Of a stretch of 64,000 nt of DNA, positions 1 to 19,101 are shown piece by piece. A program made the translations under genes and the position numbers. Below the pieces are notes generated by a model that saw only the letters and a program-made list of their open reading frames with translations, ran no database searches and was not told the DNA's origin. This DNA is from Blastocystis sp. Blastoise (Eukaryota > Protista > Bigyra: Opalinata): contig JBBPEB010000029.1 of assembly GCA_039096225.1 (NCBI GenBank), positions 926,928 to 990,927 on the forward strand. Reading direction: 5' to 3'. The first letter of the stretch is position 1; the number at the start of each line of letters is the position of its first letter.

Positions 1-1349
1 TTATCGTACGACTACTAAATCGGTTCCAAATCGATATATAAAAGTAATTTCAAAATCAAGTATTAGTAACCAAATACGTAGTTTATTTGATAAAAATATA
101 AAGAAATCTTCTTCTTCTTATAAGAATAATTTTAATAGTAATAATAATTTTAATAATAATAATAATAAGAATAATATTCCAGATAATAATAATAATAATA
201 TTCCAGATAATAATAATAATATATCAACTCCTCAAACTATAAAACCTGCCTTAAATACAAATAATATAGATTTATCTTCTACACCTTCTTATTCTATTAC
301 TTCTATTCCTCTTGTAGATGAACCTATAGATAATGAGAATGAATCCTTTAAAGTATCTTTATATTCATGGGAAAAAGCACCTTTCTGCACGATCTTACCT
401 CCCGTGGGAAATCTAGAAAAGAAAGGAACACAAATCCCTTCCTGTCTTCATGTCGATCGTCCTTATTCTTATGGTAATTTATTATTATTTTTATTTATAT
501 TGATTTTAATTGTTTTAGATATATATTATAAATACTGTTATTGTTTTATAATTATAATTATAGCATAATAATAATTGCTATATTTATTAGCAACTATTAT
601 CGAATCATTTTATTTACTTTATATTATTTTCTTCATTATATATAGATTCTATTAAAGTGAATATTGTTAAAACAAAAGAAGAAGATGACAAAGTATTTTT
701 TCTATTCTTTTATTTTCTATCTTATTATTCTTCTATATATATATATTTACTCTATATGAATACTCTATATATAGACATTTTTAGAATTATTACTATTACA
801 AGTTGTCAAACATATATCTATATTATTTATTCCCTTTTTTGAATCTTTTATACATTCTATTCAATTAAATAAAAACTCAAATTTATATTCAAATTCAGAT
901 TCTAATTCAAATTCAAATAATCAATCAATTGTATATTTAGAGGTTATATATATAAATTATTTATTAATATTTATTATATATATGATTTATTTTTAATATT
1001 ATATATAACTTATTTTAATATTATATATAATTTATAATATTCATTAAATATATAATTTATTTTAATATTATATATCATTTATTATATATTATATATAGTT
1101 AACTGATATAGCAATTGAAACACATGGTTTTTTAATTCTTGTTAAACAAAAAGAGTATTTTATATATATTTATTCATACTCTATAAATAATAATAATATA
1201 TATAGTGAATTATATAAATCTATTCAAGAACAATATACAAAGCTTCAAAATATTTATGATGTATGTTAATTTATTCATATTTTTTTATTTGTTTAGTAAC
1301 TATAAAATTATTTTTTATTTAGGATTTTTGTTTGAATTACGTAGATTAA
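1..1349 (+). CDS. 3' part of an intron-containing gene of unknown function (5' end lies outside the window)
   Basis: GT-AG exons join in frame (...EKAPFCTILPPVGNLEKKGTQIPSCLHVDRPYSY / DSIKVNIVKTKEEDDK / TFLELLLLQVVKH... / LTDIAIETHGFLILVKQKE / ... / DFCLNYVD*), with TAA at 1347-1349. No family recognised. Confidence 0.7.
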
Positions 1350-1678
1350 CTTATTTGTATGCCATGTAAACTAGTTGCTGATAAATAATTATTACTTTTC
1401 ATTTCTGTAAAAGTGTTTCTTCCTTTCATTATACGATTTTTCTTTTTTGTCATAAATGATTAATGTCTTCATTTATTGTTTTGTTCATTTTATATAGAAT
1501 AAACTAATTTATTATTATTATTGAATTGAATTTGAATATATTAAATAAAAAAATAGAATGATAATTAAGTTTCGTGGAAAAATCAAAATTTAAAACTAAA
1601 TCACATTCTTTTCCCAGAAATATTATCAAATTCAAAAAAAATTCTTTTTATCTCATAAACTTTTTTTCTAGATAGATA

Positions 1679-2927
1679 ATGGAATATTCATTACCTGAAA
1701 GAACAACAAGAGGTACAAGAAGTAAGGCTTTATCAGCAGAAGCTTTAGAAGCTGATCAAAATTTCTGGAATCAAGATTTCTTTCAAGAAAAGGATACAGA
1801 TGACAGTTTTACTGAATCAGGTATTTCAAAAAATTACAAAATCTTAAATAAAATTATTATTTTTTTTATAAAGATGAGACATCATCTGAATCTGATAGTA
1901 CTGATTCTGATATTGATCTTCCTGAAGATGAAGATGAAGTGATTCCTCAAGAACCTGTTGAGAAAAAAGTATGTATCTGATTAAAACAAAGATTTTATTG
2001 TTCATTTTTATTATTTTATTGTTTTTATTTTTTAATATTATTATATATAGGTAAAGCCAAAACGAACAGTATATTTAGATCCATCTAAAAGTAAAAGTCA
2101 AACACTAAAACGAGCCAAACTACGTTTACAAAAAAATAAAGAATTATTACAACAATTAAGAGCTAAAGAAGGCTGTATGTAGTTTATTTAGATGTGAATT
2201 ATCTATAATAAATATAATAAATATAATAATATAATAAATATAATAATATAATAAATATAATAAATATATTAAATATATTAAATATATTAAATATAATGAA
2301 TATAATAAATATAATGAATATAATAATATAATAAATATAATAAGTATAATAAATTATTATTATTGATATTCTTTATAGTATTAACATCATCAAAAGAAGC
2401 AAAAGAATTAAATATCAATAAAAAGGATACTTTTATAAATAATGAGAATAGTATTCCACCTTCTTCTCCGGTTTCCACAGTATCAAAACCATTATTATCT
2501 CCTCCTTCAACTCCTATTCCTGAAGATGAAAGTGATTTGAAATCCATGTCTGTGTCTCCTTCAGAAACACAATCATTAAAATCAACACAATCATTGTCTT
2601 CGTCACCTATAAAGAATAAAAAGAATATGAATAAAAAAGTACAAAAAGGAAAAGTTGTATCACCTGCTCGATTCCATGGTAGTATTATTGAAAATAGTAC
2701 AAGGGTATTAAGAAGAAGCACAATTCGTCAAACAGAAGAAATAGAAAAAGAAGATGGATATAGTAGTGAAGAATATGAAGATGTATATATCAATTATTTT
2801 ATTATTTATATATAGACTTATAAATATTTGTTTTGTTGAAAGTCATATATTTTTCTTCGTAATATAATAATTCTATTTTCAATTTTATTTTTAATATTAT
2901 AATAATTGTTTATTGTAGTTGTTTTTG

Positions 2928-2963
<36 letters not shown>

Positions 2964-5234
2964 CATCCTCAAAAGAATCGTCGTCCTCATGTTCTTCGTA
3001 GACCAACACAAAAACAAATGCTGAAATTAGTTGTAAAAAATGAAATTGTGAATACTATGAGTTTGAATAGAGTATTAGAAGAAGAAGCTTTAAAGAAAAA
3101 AATACCTGTGAAAAAACAAAAGTATAATGAAGATATATATATTAATATTATTATTTTTGTTAATACTAAAACATAGAAATTATAATAAACTTTTTAAAAT
3201 ATTTATTAATTTTATATTTTATTAATCATTATCTATAAATATATAGAGTATTAACAGATTTTATTCGTGTATATTCCAGTGAGAAATGCCCAAAAGTATA
3301 TACATATTCAAGAATGCTTTATTGTCCATTTATAACAAATAAACCTTTAGGTATATATATATATAATATTATTATTATATTATAATACGAATATATATAT
3401 ATAATATTATTATTATATTATAATACGACTATCTATATAGAATATAAGCCATTAATAAGTTGCATTTCAGGTTTTCCCGCCAAATATATAGATCCATTAA
3501 CATTAAAAGCATATACAACTGTAGAGGAATTTAAGAAGATTCGAGAACCGATTAATAAAAAGAAAACTACTGTACGATTCAATATGAAGAAAATCAGACA
3601 AGCTGTTGGTATGTTTATATACTATTGTTATTTTTATTGAAATTCAAAAATTATTCTTTTCAAAATAAAATTATATATATATAATGTTTATTTTATAATA
3701 TATTACACTATTGTTATTTTTATTGAAATTCAAAAATTATTCTTTTCAAAATGAAATTATATATATAATATTTATTTTAAAATATATTACATTATTATTT
3801 TTTTATTGAAATTCAAAAAATTATTTTTTTCAAAATAAATTATATATATAATATTTATTTTATAATATAACACTATTGTTATTTTTATTGAAATTCAAAA
3901 ATTATTTTTTTTTCAAAATAAAATTATATATATATTAATTATTTTCTATAGATCCGTCTGCTATTCCTGCGGGTATTGCTATAAAACCTACAAAAGCTGT
4001 GAAACAAAGTAAAACAAAGAAGAAGGAAACAGTATTAGAAAACAGTAAAAATTTGGGATTCAATAATTCTATAGTAATAGATTCAAATAAAATAATGAAT
4101 ACTTCTGCTACTCCAACTACTATCGTATCTTCTTCATCAGTATCTGAACTAGAACAAAAAGGAAAACAAGATAAACCAAAAAGAAAATATACAAAGAGAG
4201 CCAAAGTCGCAGCTGCTTCGTTATCAACACAATCTACAAATACAAATATACTTCCAACAAATATAATTTCTTCTTCATCTTCTCTTTCAATTAAAGATGA
4301 ATGTAGACAACAAAGTATAAATACATTAATTTCTCAAAATATTAATGTAAAACAAGAACATTCAAAGAAAAATTCATCACTTTATTCTTTATCCAATTCA
4401 ATTAACGATGATATTAATGATTATTTCAGAACTAAATCAAATCATAATAATTCAATGAATAATTCAATGAATCCTGTTTCTTCATCTCTTTCTATACAAC
4501 AAATGAATTCAGCTTTAAATAATGTATCTACTCCTCTTTCTTCTACTTCTATATCTACAAAGAAACATATAAAATCTACATTTAAAGCATCAACAGCATT
4601 AGCGAATTCTTTAAATAATCAACTTAATTCTTCTTATCCTTCTTCTATTGTAATTGATGCTAATAAATTTGTTAAAGATCCATTAAGTATTCAAGGAATA
4701 ACCAAAGTTAATTCAATTCCTTCTTCTTCTTCTTTATCATCTATTGACCAAAACTCTGTTATGAATAATAAAAATACAAATATAAATCAATTCAATTCAT
4801 TAACAAATATACATATTCCAGAAGAACCTAAAAAACGTAAATATTCAAAGCCAAAGAAACAATCTTCTTCAAAAGTTACAGTATCAGCGTCAAATCCAAT
4901 AATATATGATACTATACAACAATCCTCATCAGTCTCAAATATAAAAAATAATAATGATTTTAGTAATATATTATCTACAAAAACGAACGGTTTGACATCT
5001 ACATTGAAATCTAAAGAAATAATGAATAATACGACAAATACAAAAACAAAAGGAAAAACAGGAAAAAGAAAAACAACTTCAAATAATAATTATCTAACAT
5101 CTTCAGATATTCATATTGATCTATCACAATTAACATTAAACAAAAATAAATATACTAAACAAAATACTACTTTAGGAAATTCTAATGCTAGTACTAATAC
5201 ATTATTATATCCTTCTTTATCTGATCCTAAATAA
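1679..5234 (+). CDS. VPS72: Vps72/YL1 (Swc2) subunit of SWR1/SRCAP, multi-exon, with a long low-complexity C-terminal extension
   Basis: YL1 N-terminus (LPERTTRGTRSKAL..EADQNFWNQDFFQEKDTDDSF), central TQKQMLKLVVKNEIVNTMSL motif (~3000-3065) and YL1_C motif CISGFPAKYIDPLTLKAYTTVEEFKKIRE (~3460-3547). The last exon is the ORF ending at 5234. Confidence 0.88.
3620..3935. repeat. Intronic tandem repeat, about 4 copies of ~84 bp
   Basis: The unit 'actattgttattttttattgaaattcaaaaattattcttttcaaaa...' recurs at about 3621, 3707, 3790 and 3872 inside the VPS72 intron 3609-3951. Confidence 0.8.
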
Positions 5235-5868
5235 TATTTTTTTTAAAGATATTCTTATGAAATAAATATTCTCTTCTTTTTGATTTTGTATTTTAAATAA
5301 ATTTTATTTTATTCACTACATTTTAGTTTCTTTATTTTTCATCATTTTTTTTGTATATTATGTTATTCTTGTATTTTTTTTGAAATTTTACATTTTTTCT
5401 ACAATTTTTCATTAGTCAAGACATATTATGTTATAGGAGAATTATGATTTTTGTTGATTTCGAAAGTTTTTTGTAATTGTTTTGAATAAATATTGGAAAT
5501 CACATTCTGTAAATGAATCTATTAATGTTGAGACATAAAGTGTAGATAAACGAAATGAAAATCCCATTTTATAATAATGTTTTAATAATTATGTTAAAAA
5601 AACTACATATTATTTACTTATTCAGATACTCAATAACATTATTAAGTATATAAAATTATATATCTAAGAAGAAAGCATATATCTAAAGATAATCCAAGAA
5701 ATGAATCGTTTCAGAATAAACCAAGTTTATTTAAAAAAACAAACTTTATTTAAAAAAATAATCAAGATTATATTTCTTGTTTTCAAAACATAAAACTGTT
5801 TTTGTATTCTAATTAAATTTGCATATAATTACGTTTATAGATAACCTTTCATAAAGATTCTTTATTAA

Positions 5869-9083
<3,215 letters not shown>

Positions 9084-9506
9084 TCATTTTATTATTAATC
9101 ATTTTTCTTTCTTTTTCACAAGTGTTTTTAAATACTATTTTTCTGTTTTTCTTCTTTTAATTTTTTTTTTCAAAATTATTTAAAAAAACTATTATTTCTT
9201 TTGCATTATATTTATCTTGTTTTTTAAAGGTTTATACAGTTATCAGTTTATCGTATATAAAAAAATGTAAGCAAAAATATTTTATATACTTTTCCATTTA
9301 TATAATGAATGATTTATTTTATTATTATTATTCAGATCCATTGAATATATATTCAAAATATTATCGAAAACAAGATAAATTTATGTAAACAAAAAAAAAG
9401 GAAATAAAAATAATTTTTTTTTAAAGAAGAAAAAAGAGGAAAATATTAAAAAATATAAAAAATTTGATAAATAATTAACCGAAATAAAATATATAAATAC
9501 ATAACA

Positions 9507-10228
9507 TTAAGATGAATGTTCATTAGTATTATTTTCATTATTTTGAGTATTACCAAGTAATTGATTTTCAATCATAGATTGAATCGAAAAATGTGTTTTT
9601 GTTGAAGGAGAATTATTACCTATATATTTATTTTGATTTTTTTCTTGATTCTTTTTAGATAATACTTTTCTTAAATAATTACTTTGATATATATGAGTAT
9701 CATTATTTGGAGGCTTTATTTTTGATTCAAAATCATGTATAAGAGAGATATTATTATTATTATTATTATCAGAGATAGTATTATCAGAGATATTATTATT
9801 ATTATCTGAGATATTATTATCAGAGATATTATTATTATTATCAGAGATAGTATTATTATTATTATTATCAGAGATAGTATTATTATTATTAGAGATATTA
9901 TAATAATTATTATTATCAGAGATATTATTATTATTATTACTATTACATATAGAATTTGATTTAGAAGATATAGGTATTTGATTAATTATACTTGGAATAG
10001 TATTTATAGTAGTAACAGAAGGTTTAGATGTATGTGTCCATTGAGATTTATATTGATTTAATTTCATTAATAGATTATCTGCAGTATCTAACGAAGGAAT
10101 AAATGATGATAAGAACAGAGAAGCATTACTACTAGTAGTATTAGTAGTAGTAGTATTATTTATAGTATCATTTCTTGTTCCTATAGAGTCTGAAAGAATA
10201 GGAATACTTTCTTTGATATTCTCTTCTC

Positions 10229-10261
<33 letters not shown>

Positions 10262-13200
10262 CAATATTATTATTATTATTATTATCAATATTATTATTAT
10301 TATCTGAAATATTATTATCTTCTGCTTCGTTTTCTTCCATTATTATCATTGGATCTTCAAAAATCATTCGTTTCTTGACTTTATCTTCTTCAATTCTCTT
10401 TAATAATTCTTTATTTTTATCTTCTATACTAGTAAATATATCATAAAATTGTTTTGTTCGTTGTTTTTCATGAGGAGTAATAATAGGTAAGGATGTTGAT
10501 TGCTTATTCTTCTTATTATTATTATTATTATTAGAAGAAGAAGCGAAAGGGAAATAATGACTCAAAGATGATTCTAATAATGACAATGGAGAGGAATGCA
10601 ATGAATCTAATAAACTATTATTATTATTATTATCATTATTTGATATATTTTGTTCATTTATTGATACTGATGGATCTATATCTATATATATATCTCTATT
10701 GCTATCTTTATCAATATCTATATCTATACTCTTATTACTATCTCTATTGCTTTCTTTATCAATATCAATATCTATACTCTTATTACTATCTCTATCTTCT
10801 TCTATATCTATATCTATACTCTTATTACTATCTCTATCTTCTTCTATATCTATATCTATACTCTTATTACTATCTCTATTGCTATAGAATGTACTATCTA
10901 TATTATTATCTTTAATAATATCTATAGTATCATCATTATGACGAATACTAGATTCGATAACACTATTATGTTCATTATTTATATTATTTGTTACTAGAAG
11001 ATCATTCGATATATTATTTGGTAATGATTGATTATTATCAGAAATCAACGATGTAATATCATTCTTATATAATATTTCTTTATCATTAATATTAATACCT
11101 ACTTCCATTAATGATTGTCGTTGAATATCGTTAAGGTTTTCTACTAATAATTCATCATTCATCGTATCACATAAATCAGATAGAATTGTATTACGAACAG
11201 AAGAACATTGTTCTAAGGAGAATCGATCTGATGATAGAATAGTATTACGATGATGAGGGTCTTCCATGTGATCTAAAGTATCTCTTTTATCTATTTGTTC
11301 TTTTATTTCTTTTGGTATACATGATTTTGATTTTGTTTTAATAATAATATTATTGTCTGAAATCTCATTTGTATCTTTAGATTTTATATCATTTGTATTA
11401 TGTATAGATATAGGAGATAATACTGTATTTTCTATATTCTTTGAACTATCTGTTGTAGATTGACTTAATGAATTAACACTTATTAACTCTGATTGGAAAT
11501 CTACAGATCGATTACTCAAAGGAGATTCTATTAGAGTAAGAGGAATAGATGTAGTAGTAGAAGTAGTAGAAGTAGGAAGAGAATCATTAGTATTAGTATT
11601 AGTATTAGTATTAGTAGGAAGAGAATCATTAACATTAGTATTATTTGAATCATTAATAGTATTATTAGTATTAATATTATTTGAAAGAGAATATTCTAAA
11701 GTTAGATGTTTGATAGAATTCGAATCTATTTCACTATTGACATTAGAATACGTAGGTGACATATTCGAATTGAAATTAGTATTGTTCATAGTATCTCTAT
11801 CAGATGGTAAAATAGAAAGAAGAGAAGAAGAAGGAATCATAGTTGCTTTAGGAGACTCGCTAGGGAAATTAATTGGTTGAATATCTATTAAAGTCTTTTC
11901 ATCAGATTTATTCTCTGAATTATCTTGAATACTATTAAATGAATCATTATGGCTATTTACTATATTATTTTTGTTTATATTATCATTATTATTCTCTTGA
12001 TTCTCTATATTGGTAGTTTTAATATCATTATTATCCATATATGTATTTTTAGTAATATTATTATTTTCAATAATATTATTCTCAATAATATTATTATTTT
12101 CAATAATAATATTATTATTTTCAATAATATTATTCTCAATGATATTATTATTTTCAATATTATTATTTTCAATATTATTATTTTCAATATTATTATTTTC
12201 AATATTATTATTTTCAATATTATTATTTTCTACATCTCTAATATCATTCATACATTGATTATTATCATCTGCAATAGTATTTATCATTTCTTTATCTATA
12301 TCAATTAGGTTTGCATTATCAATAATTTCATTTTTATCAATAATTTCATTATTATCAATAATATTCTCTTTATTATTAATAATTTCATTATTATTGATAA
12401 TATTCTCTTTATTATTAATAATTTCATTATTATTAATAATTTCATTATTATTGATAATATTCTCTTTATTATTAATAATTTCATTATTATTAATAATTTC
12501 ATTATTATTAATAATTTCATTATTATTGATAATATTCTCTTTATTATTAATAATTTCATTATTATTAATAATAATGAAATTATGATTATTCTCAATTTCC
12601 ATATTATTATCTATAATATTATTATCCTTATCAATATCCATATTTACTTCAATTTCAATATCACGATTATCAATACCATTATTAATAATAACATTATTAC
12701 TATTATCATTATTAATATCATTATTATTATTATTCAAAATATTTACATTATTCATATTTATACTATTTTCATTTGTAGGTATGTCACTATAAATTATTGA
12801 ATTATTCTTCTTATTTATAGAAATATCAGAGATAATACTGGAAATATCATCTATATGAGAATCATGATTTATATCTTGATTACTATTCATCGCAAAAGAT
12901 ATATTTCTATTTCTATCTGTATTTTGAGAATTGCAAACATTTTCAGAATCAGATAAATGCGTCTGAATAGAATCTGTTGACATTGATGACTGTAAATATA
13001 TATCTTTTAGAGAAGATATAATATCATTTTGTATATCTGATTCTATATTAATAGTAGTAGAATGAATATTTGATGAATGCATATCTGCTATATTTTCTTG
13101 TTGAGAATTATTTATAGAATATGAAGGTATATTATTTAGAGGAGAAACAGAATTAGAAGGATTATAATAACTATTATCTTCTTGTGTTTCTATATTATCT

Positions 13201-16045
13201 ATTTCTACTTGAGTTATTTCTTCTTTATTAGTTGTAGAATTCTTTTCAATGTCTTTCTCTACTGATACTTCATTCTGTGTAATTATATTGTTCTTCATAA
13301 TAGAATTATCATTTTCATGCATAGATTTATCTATAGAATGATTTAATGAAGAAGAAGAGGATGATATAGAAATAGAGGAATCAGTGGGTGAATATGTATT
13401 CGTAGATAGTTGAAGAGAAGAAGGAAGTAAATCTTTATGAATAGTATTATTAAGAATATGAGTATCATTATTATTATTTATATTTATAGAATTATCTTGA
13501 TCTTTAGTATCTGTTTCTATGTCCATAGAATTAGTATTTAGTGATATTCTATTTGTAGAATATACAGAAATAGGAGTATTCTCAGAAGATATAATTGAAT
13601 TATTATTTGTATTTAGTATAGGATCATTAGAAATAACAGTATCTACAGATAAAGAAAGAGATGGATATGCAGTATTATTATTAATAGTATCTTTATATAA
13701 AGATATATCTTGAGTAGAATTAGCTGAAATAGTCTCGTTAATACTCGTGTTATTAATATTAGTGATATTATTATTGTTATTATAACTATTATTAGTAGGT
13801 GTATCAGTAGAGATATTATTCATATCGATGTCAATACTATTATTGTTACTATTACTAATATTATCATCATCAATAGTATTACTATTTATAATTGGTTCTT
13901 CTTCATGTATATCACATGGTAATTCTCTTGTTAACTGTAGTTGAGAACCCGGAATTGGAAGCGCGGGATAATTAGAATGAATGGATGTATCTTGAATAGA
14001 AGAAATACTATCTTTTATATTAAGTAAATTAATAGAATCAGAATTAGAAATAATATTTTCTACAGTGTTAGTCTCAATCTTACGATTATTATTATTATTA
14101 TCGATATTATTATTATTTGTATTAATAAATATTTGATTATATTCCACATTAGTATTATTTTCAGTATTTATAGATGATTCTTCCATAGCTATATTATTAT
14201 TAGTATTTATAGATTTATTTTCTTCTATAGGTATATTATTATTATTATTATTTATAGATGATTCTTCTTTAGCTATATTATTATTATTATTTATAGATTT
14301 ATTTTCTTCTATAGCTATATTATTATTATTAGTATTTATAGATGATTCTTTTTTAGCTATATTATTATTATTATTTATAGATTCATTTTCTTTAATAGAT
14401 AAATCACTATTATTAATTACAAATGCATTTTTATCATCTTCTTTTTCGTTTTCTATTTCCATTACATTATCTTTAATAGATTCGTTATTTATATACATTA
14501 TTTCATCATTATGTGTAATATTCATATTGATATCTGAAGCAATTTTCTCTTCTTTATTATTATTCATTGATTTATCTTCATTCTCTATGTTCATTTTAGA
14601 TACTACATTCGAAATATCTATAGATGAAGAAGGTAGATCTATAATACTATTATTACTATTATTGTCTTTATTTTCGTTGATATTTATAGAATTTACATTT
14701 ATATTTGAATCTTCTAATGGATTAATATTTGATTCTTCATTTAGTTCTGTAGAATTAGAAAGAATTTCATTTTTATTGTTTTTATCAATATCATTACTAC
14801 TAGTAGAAATAGTATGTATATTATTATTATCATGAGTATTAATAATAGATTCTACGTTAGAATTGATAGTATTAATAGAAGATATAGGATTATTAGATTG
14901 TATACTTGTATTATTATTATTAGGTTCTTGTTGAATAGAATTAGATGTAGAATTACTAGTTTCTAAAGAGAATTCTTGATTTAATTCATTATTATTATTA
15001 CTTGTAGGAGATGAAATAATCGTGGGAATAAGAGATTGCTTAGAAGATGGAGAAGAAACAATAGTAGAAGGAGGTGAAATAGTATTCATTTGTGTATCTA
15101 TACTATTCATTTGTGAATCTATACTATTCATTTGTGAATCTATACCATTCATTTGTGTATCTATACCATTCATTTGTGAATCTATACTATTCATTTGTGA
15201 ATCTATACTATTCATTTGTGAATCTATACCATTCATTTGTGTATCTATACTATTCATTTGTGTATCTATACCATTCATTTGTGTATCTATACTATTCATT
15301 GATAAACCATTTGCATTGATCGAAGTTCTATTAGAAATATTTGATACACTATCTCTATTTGTTACTTGTTCTATTTGCATAATATTATGTTTCATTTCTT
15401 CATTCATTGGAGGTAAAGAGATACGTGGAATAGATATACTATTATTACTACTAATAGTACTTGATATATCTTCTTGGGTCTCTTTTGGAATATTATTTAT
15501 ATCTATATTCATAGACATTCTATTGTTTTCTATGGAAATACTATTTATATCTATATTTGTAGTTTCATTTGATACCATTGGTAAAGACTGTGTTTGTCTG
15601 AAATGTTCTGATTCGTTCTGAATATCTAAAATTTTAATATCCGGTTCAATTTCCATAGAAGATGAAATAGTATTTCTTGTTAAATTATTAGATTGATTAT
15701 GGTTAGAATCATGAGATATTGACTTTGTTGGTAGGGGAACAAAAGAATGAGGTTTAGTTATTGTATGACTCTTTCGAGATGGTATAGAAGTATGAAATAC
15801 AGGTATATTACTTGATCTATATAAATTATTTTTATTTTATATATATAAATTATTTTTATTTTATATATATAAATTATTTTTATTTTATATATAAATTATT
15901 TTTATTTTATATATAAATTATTTTTATTTTATATATATAAATTATTTTTATTTTATATATATATTATATATATATATTACTTTGATGAAATTCCTGTAGA
16001 AGTTAGAGGAGGTCGTATCTATATGTATATATATATATAATAATG

Positions 16046-16077
<32 letters not shown>

Positions 16078-16803
16078 TACTTTAGATTCATAAGATTTTC
16101 GTGGGCTATAAAAATATGTTATAAATAAAAATTTAAAAAAAAATATTTATATATAAATATGAATAGAGATAAATTGAATGAGTAGAACTGGAATATTTAA
16201 AGATCATATATATATACGCCTATATAAATAAATAAATAAGTATAATAAACATAAAATTAATATATATATTTATATACAGGTGTTTTGAATTCTGTTAAAC
16301 GATCCGTTTTTGTTGTATGTAATCTCTGAGGTGTAAATACAGTTGAAGGATATTTACTTGGAGTTATGGCGGGTCTTTTTATTGAATGTCTTCGTGTAGG
16401 ACTATTTATAGTATATATAGAATATATATAATACAAAGTACCTTTTAGGAACAGGGATTTTACTTTTCTAAAAGTATAAAAATGATGAATAATAATAAAT
16501 GAGAGAATATATAGAGAAATACATTTGCAGTTGAAACATATTCATTTTTACGATTCTGAATTAATATTTTTAAATCCTCAGGCCTATTCAGTATAAGTAT
16601 ATCAATCATAAGACAAATTGAAAGACAAAATACATGGTGGTATCACTTAATTCTCTAGCCTTATTATATTTCTTCCATAGAAGTTGCTAGAAAAATATGT
16701 TTATAAGAATATGATAAAATAAATACAATATCTGGCTTGAATTTTGAGTTGGGTTGTGATGAATCCTATTCAAAGTTTAAAAATTTCAAGAAATATATAC
16801 CAT
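9507..16803 (-). CDS. Very large (>2200 aa) Asn/Ile/Ser-rich low-complexity protein of unknown function
   Basis: A 2049-aa open ORF extends upstream in frame to an acceptor at ~15817. Several small basic upstream exons follow (SPTRRHSIKRPAITPSKYPSTVFTPQRLH...), with a candidate ATG at 16803. Internal repeats include IDSQMNS, ENNNI and DRDSNKSIDIDIEE. The 5' exon structure is approximate. Confidence 0.75.
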
Positions 16804-17218
16804 TGTCTTGTGTAGAATAATCTATCAATGATTTTTTCTATAAAATGATGAAATTGAATGAAATTAAAAGAAAATGAAAATAAAGAATTTTTGAGTATAT
16901 TTTTTTCTCTTTTTGGGGAATTTTTTTGTGATTTTCGTGATTATGTTTCGTTTAACATTATATTGTTTCTTCTTATTTTTATATATCATAATTAATTTGT
17001 ATTTTTAGATTATTTATGTATATAAATATTAGAAAACATATATTAAAAAATAAAACAAAAAAAAAAAGTTTAAAATAGTATTACGTAATAACAAGAAACA
17101 TAAGTAGGTACAAATATTAAAAAAAAACATAAGAAATGTATCCTAAGATAATTCATTTTTAAAAGATATTCTTATAAGAATCTATTTAAATGAATGATAA
17201 ATAAATTATACAAATTTA

Positions 17219-18395
17219 TTAACCCATAATTTTTTTAGTTTGTTCAACAAATAAGAAACAAGCAGCATTAGCAGGAATAGAACGAAGCATACAAGGAACA
17301 AATCCTTTAAAGAAACCTTTCATACCTTGAGTATTCCAACTATAATATATATATATAAATAAATATAAATATATACATTTTAAAGAATAGATATATAAAT
17401 ATAAATATAAATATATACATTTTAAAGAATATATATATAAATAAATATAAATATATACATTTTCTTTGTAATATCCATCATTCCTTTATATGTACGTTCA
17501 CTCTTAGCAATAGAATCACATTGTAAAGTAGATTTAATAACATCAAGAGGATAAATACCAATCCAATAGAAGAAGCCAGCAATACCTCCGGCTAAGAATT
17601 GAATCCAAGGACCTTGCTTATCAATATCTTCTAATGATTGACCAGGTTTTCTATAAGCTCTACGTACCCATTCATAAGAACCAAAATAAAGAGAAACAGC
17701 GATAGTATCTCTATATAAAGTAGGAAGGAAACCTTGGAAAACACCTAAAAGACCATTAGTCTTAAATACTTGTTTAGCACAATCAGCTACACCTTTAAAT
17801 TGAGGTTTATATTCAGGATTGGATTGAGCTTTTACGGCCTATAATAATATTTATTTATATATAATTATTATTAAAAAAATATTAAATAATAATTATATAA
17901 AAAAAAAATAATAATATTTGAAAAAAATATTAAATAATAATAAAAATAAAATCGTAAAAACTATAATAATTATAAAAAATTTACTTGAACTTGAATTTGA
18001 GATTTTAAGAAATCCATAGGACATTCAACAAAAGTTACAGCAACACCCGTAACAGCACCAGCAACAAGAGATTCTTTTATAGAAAGTCTAGGACCATGAA
18101 TCATAGCTTGTTTAACTTGACCAAAAGCAAGGAATTGAACAGCATTATAAAAGATTTGTCCAACTAAAGGAGAAGCACAACCTTTATAGAAACCTTTTAA
18201 ACCTTCAAGCTTTTGAGTTTTACGAACACAATCTAAAGTACCCTTGTAAATTGGGTTATCAGCAGGTTGGGTTTGAATACGAACTTTGATAGTATCAAAG
18301 GGATGACCAACAGCAACAAGACCAATACCACCAATACCTCCTGCAACAGTATCTTTAAAGGCATACCAAAGCTTAGATTCAGATTCCTCAGGCAT
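17219..18395 (-). CDS. Mitochondrial carrier (SLC25), carnitine/acylcarnitine or basic amino-acid carrier-like, 3 exons
   Basis: Three Px[DE]xxK signatures (HPFDTIKVR, CPMDFLKSQ, YPLDVIKST), GFYKGCASPLVG, and a C-terminal GFVPCMLRSIPANAACF. ATG at 18395, TAA at 17219. Confidence 0.93.
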
Positions 18396-19101
18396 TCTCA
18401 CTTCTTAAACTAACAAACAAGGTGTGTTCATAAAGCCAATTTGACACAACAATCCATTCATAAAAAGAGAAGAAAACCACCAGTTCTTTTTCCTTCGATT
18501 CTATTGGATGAACTAGATTCTTACACAGATTATTTGATGAATCAATTACTTATCCAATAATCAATGGTTAACAGAGAACCAATCATTTTCCCCTTTCTTT
18601 GCTTCATTTTTTATTTTTTAATCAATTGTTCCATCATTAAATAAACCGTGAATTATTATTGATTGTATAGTAGAAAAACAAAAATAACCTTGATTATTTT
18701 TTGATATAGAGAGAAACAACCGTTGAATGTTTTCCCTTTGATTTTGTTTCCCCGAAAATCAGAATCATTCTTAGATTTTTTGGACTTTGAAAACAATTGA
18801 CATAAATAATATATTTTCATATATATATATTTTGAATTATTTTCTAAAAAATTCAGTATAACGATGTTTTTTCGTTGTTTTTTAGGAATTAAAAAAATGA
18901 AGATAAACAAGAAAATGTGTGTTTTTAATTTTTCTGTATATCTTCTTGAGTATTCAATATATTATGTTCAATTTTGTATGATATAAACAAGACAATACGT
19001 TTAATACTATAGATAATTATTTAATATTTTAGATCCTAAAATGAAAACAAAATATATACAATAAAAAATGATTTTTCCATAAAAAATCGTAAAGTTGTCT
19101 A

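Noticed and set aside
10213-15621. Many overlapping short hydrophobic ORFs
   Set aside because: They are antisense or alternate-frame shadows of the Asn-rich repeats.
9507-16803. KNL1/Spc105 identity for the giant protein beside NDC80 (MEIE/MDID motifs)
   Set aside because: No N-terminal SILK/RVSF pair, no true MELT repeats and no C-terminal RWD region are visible.
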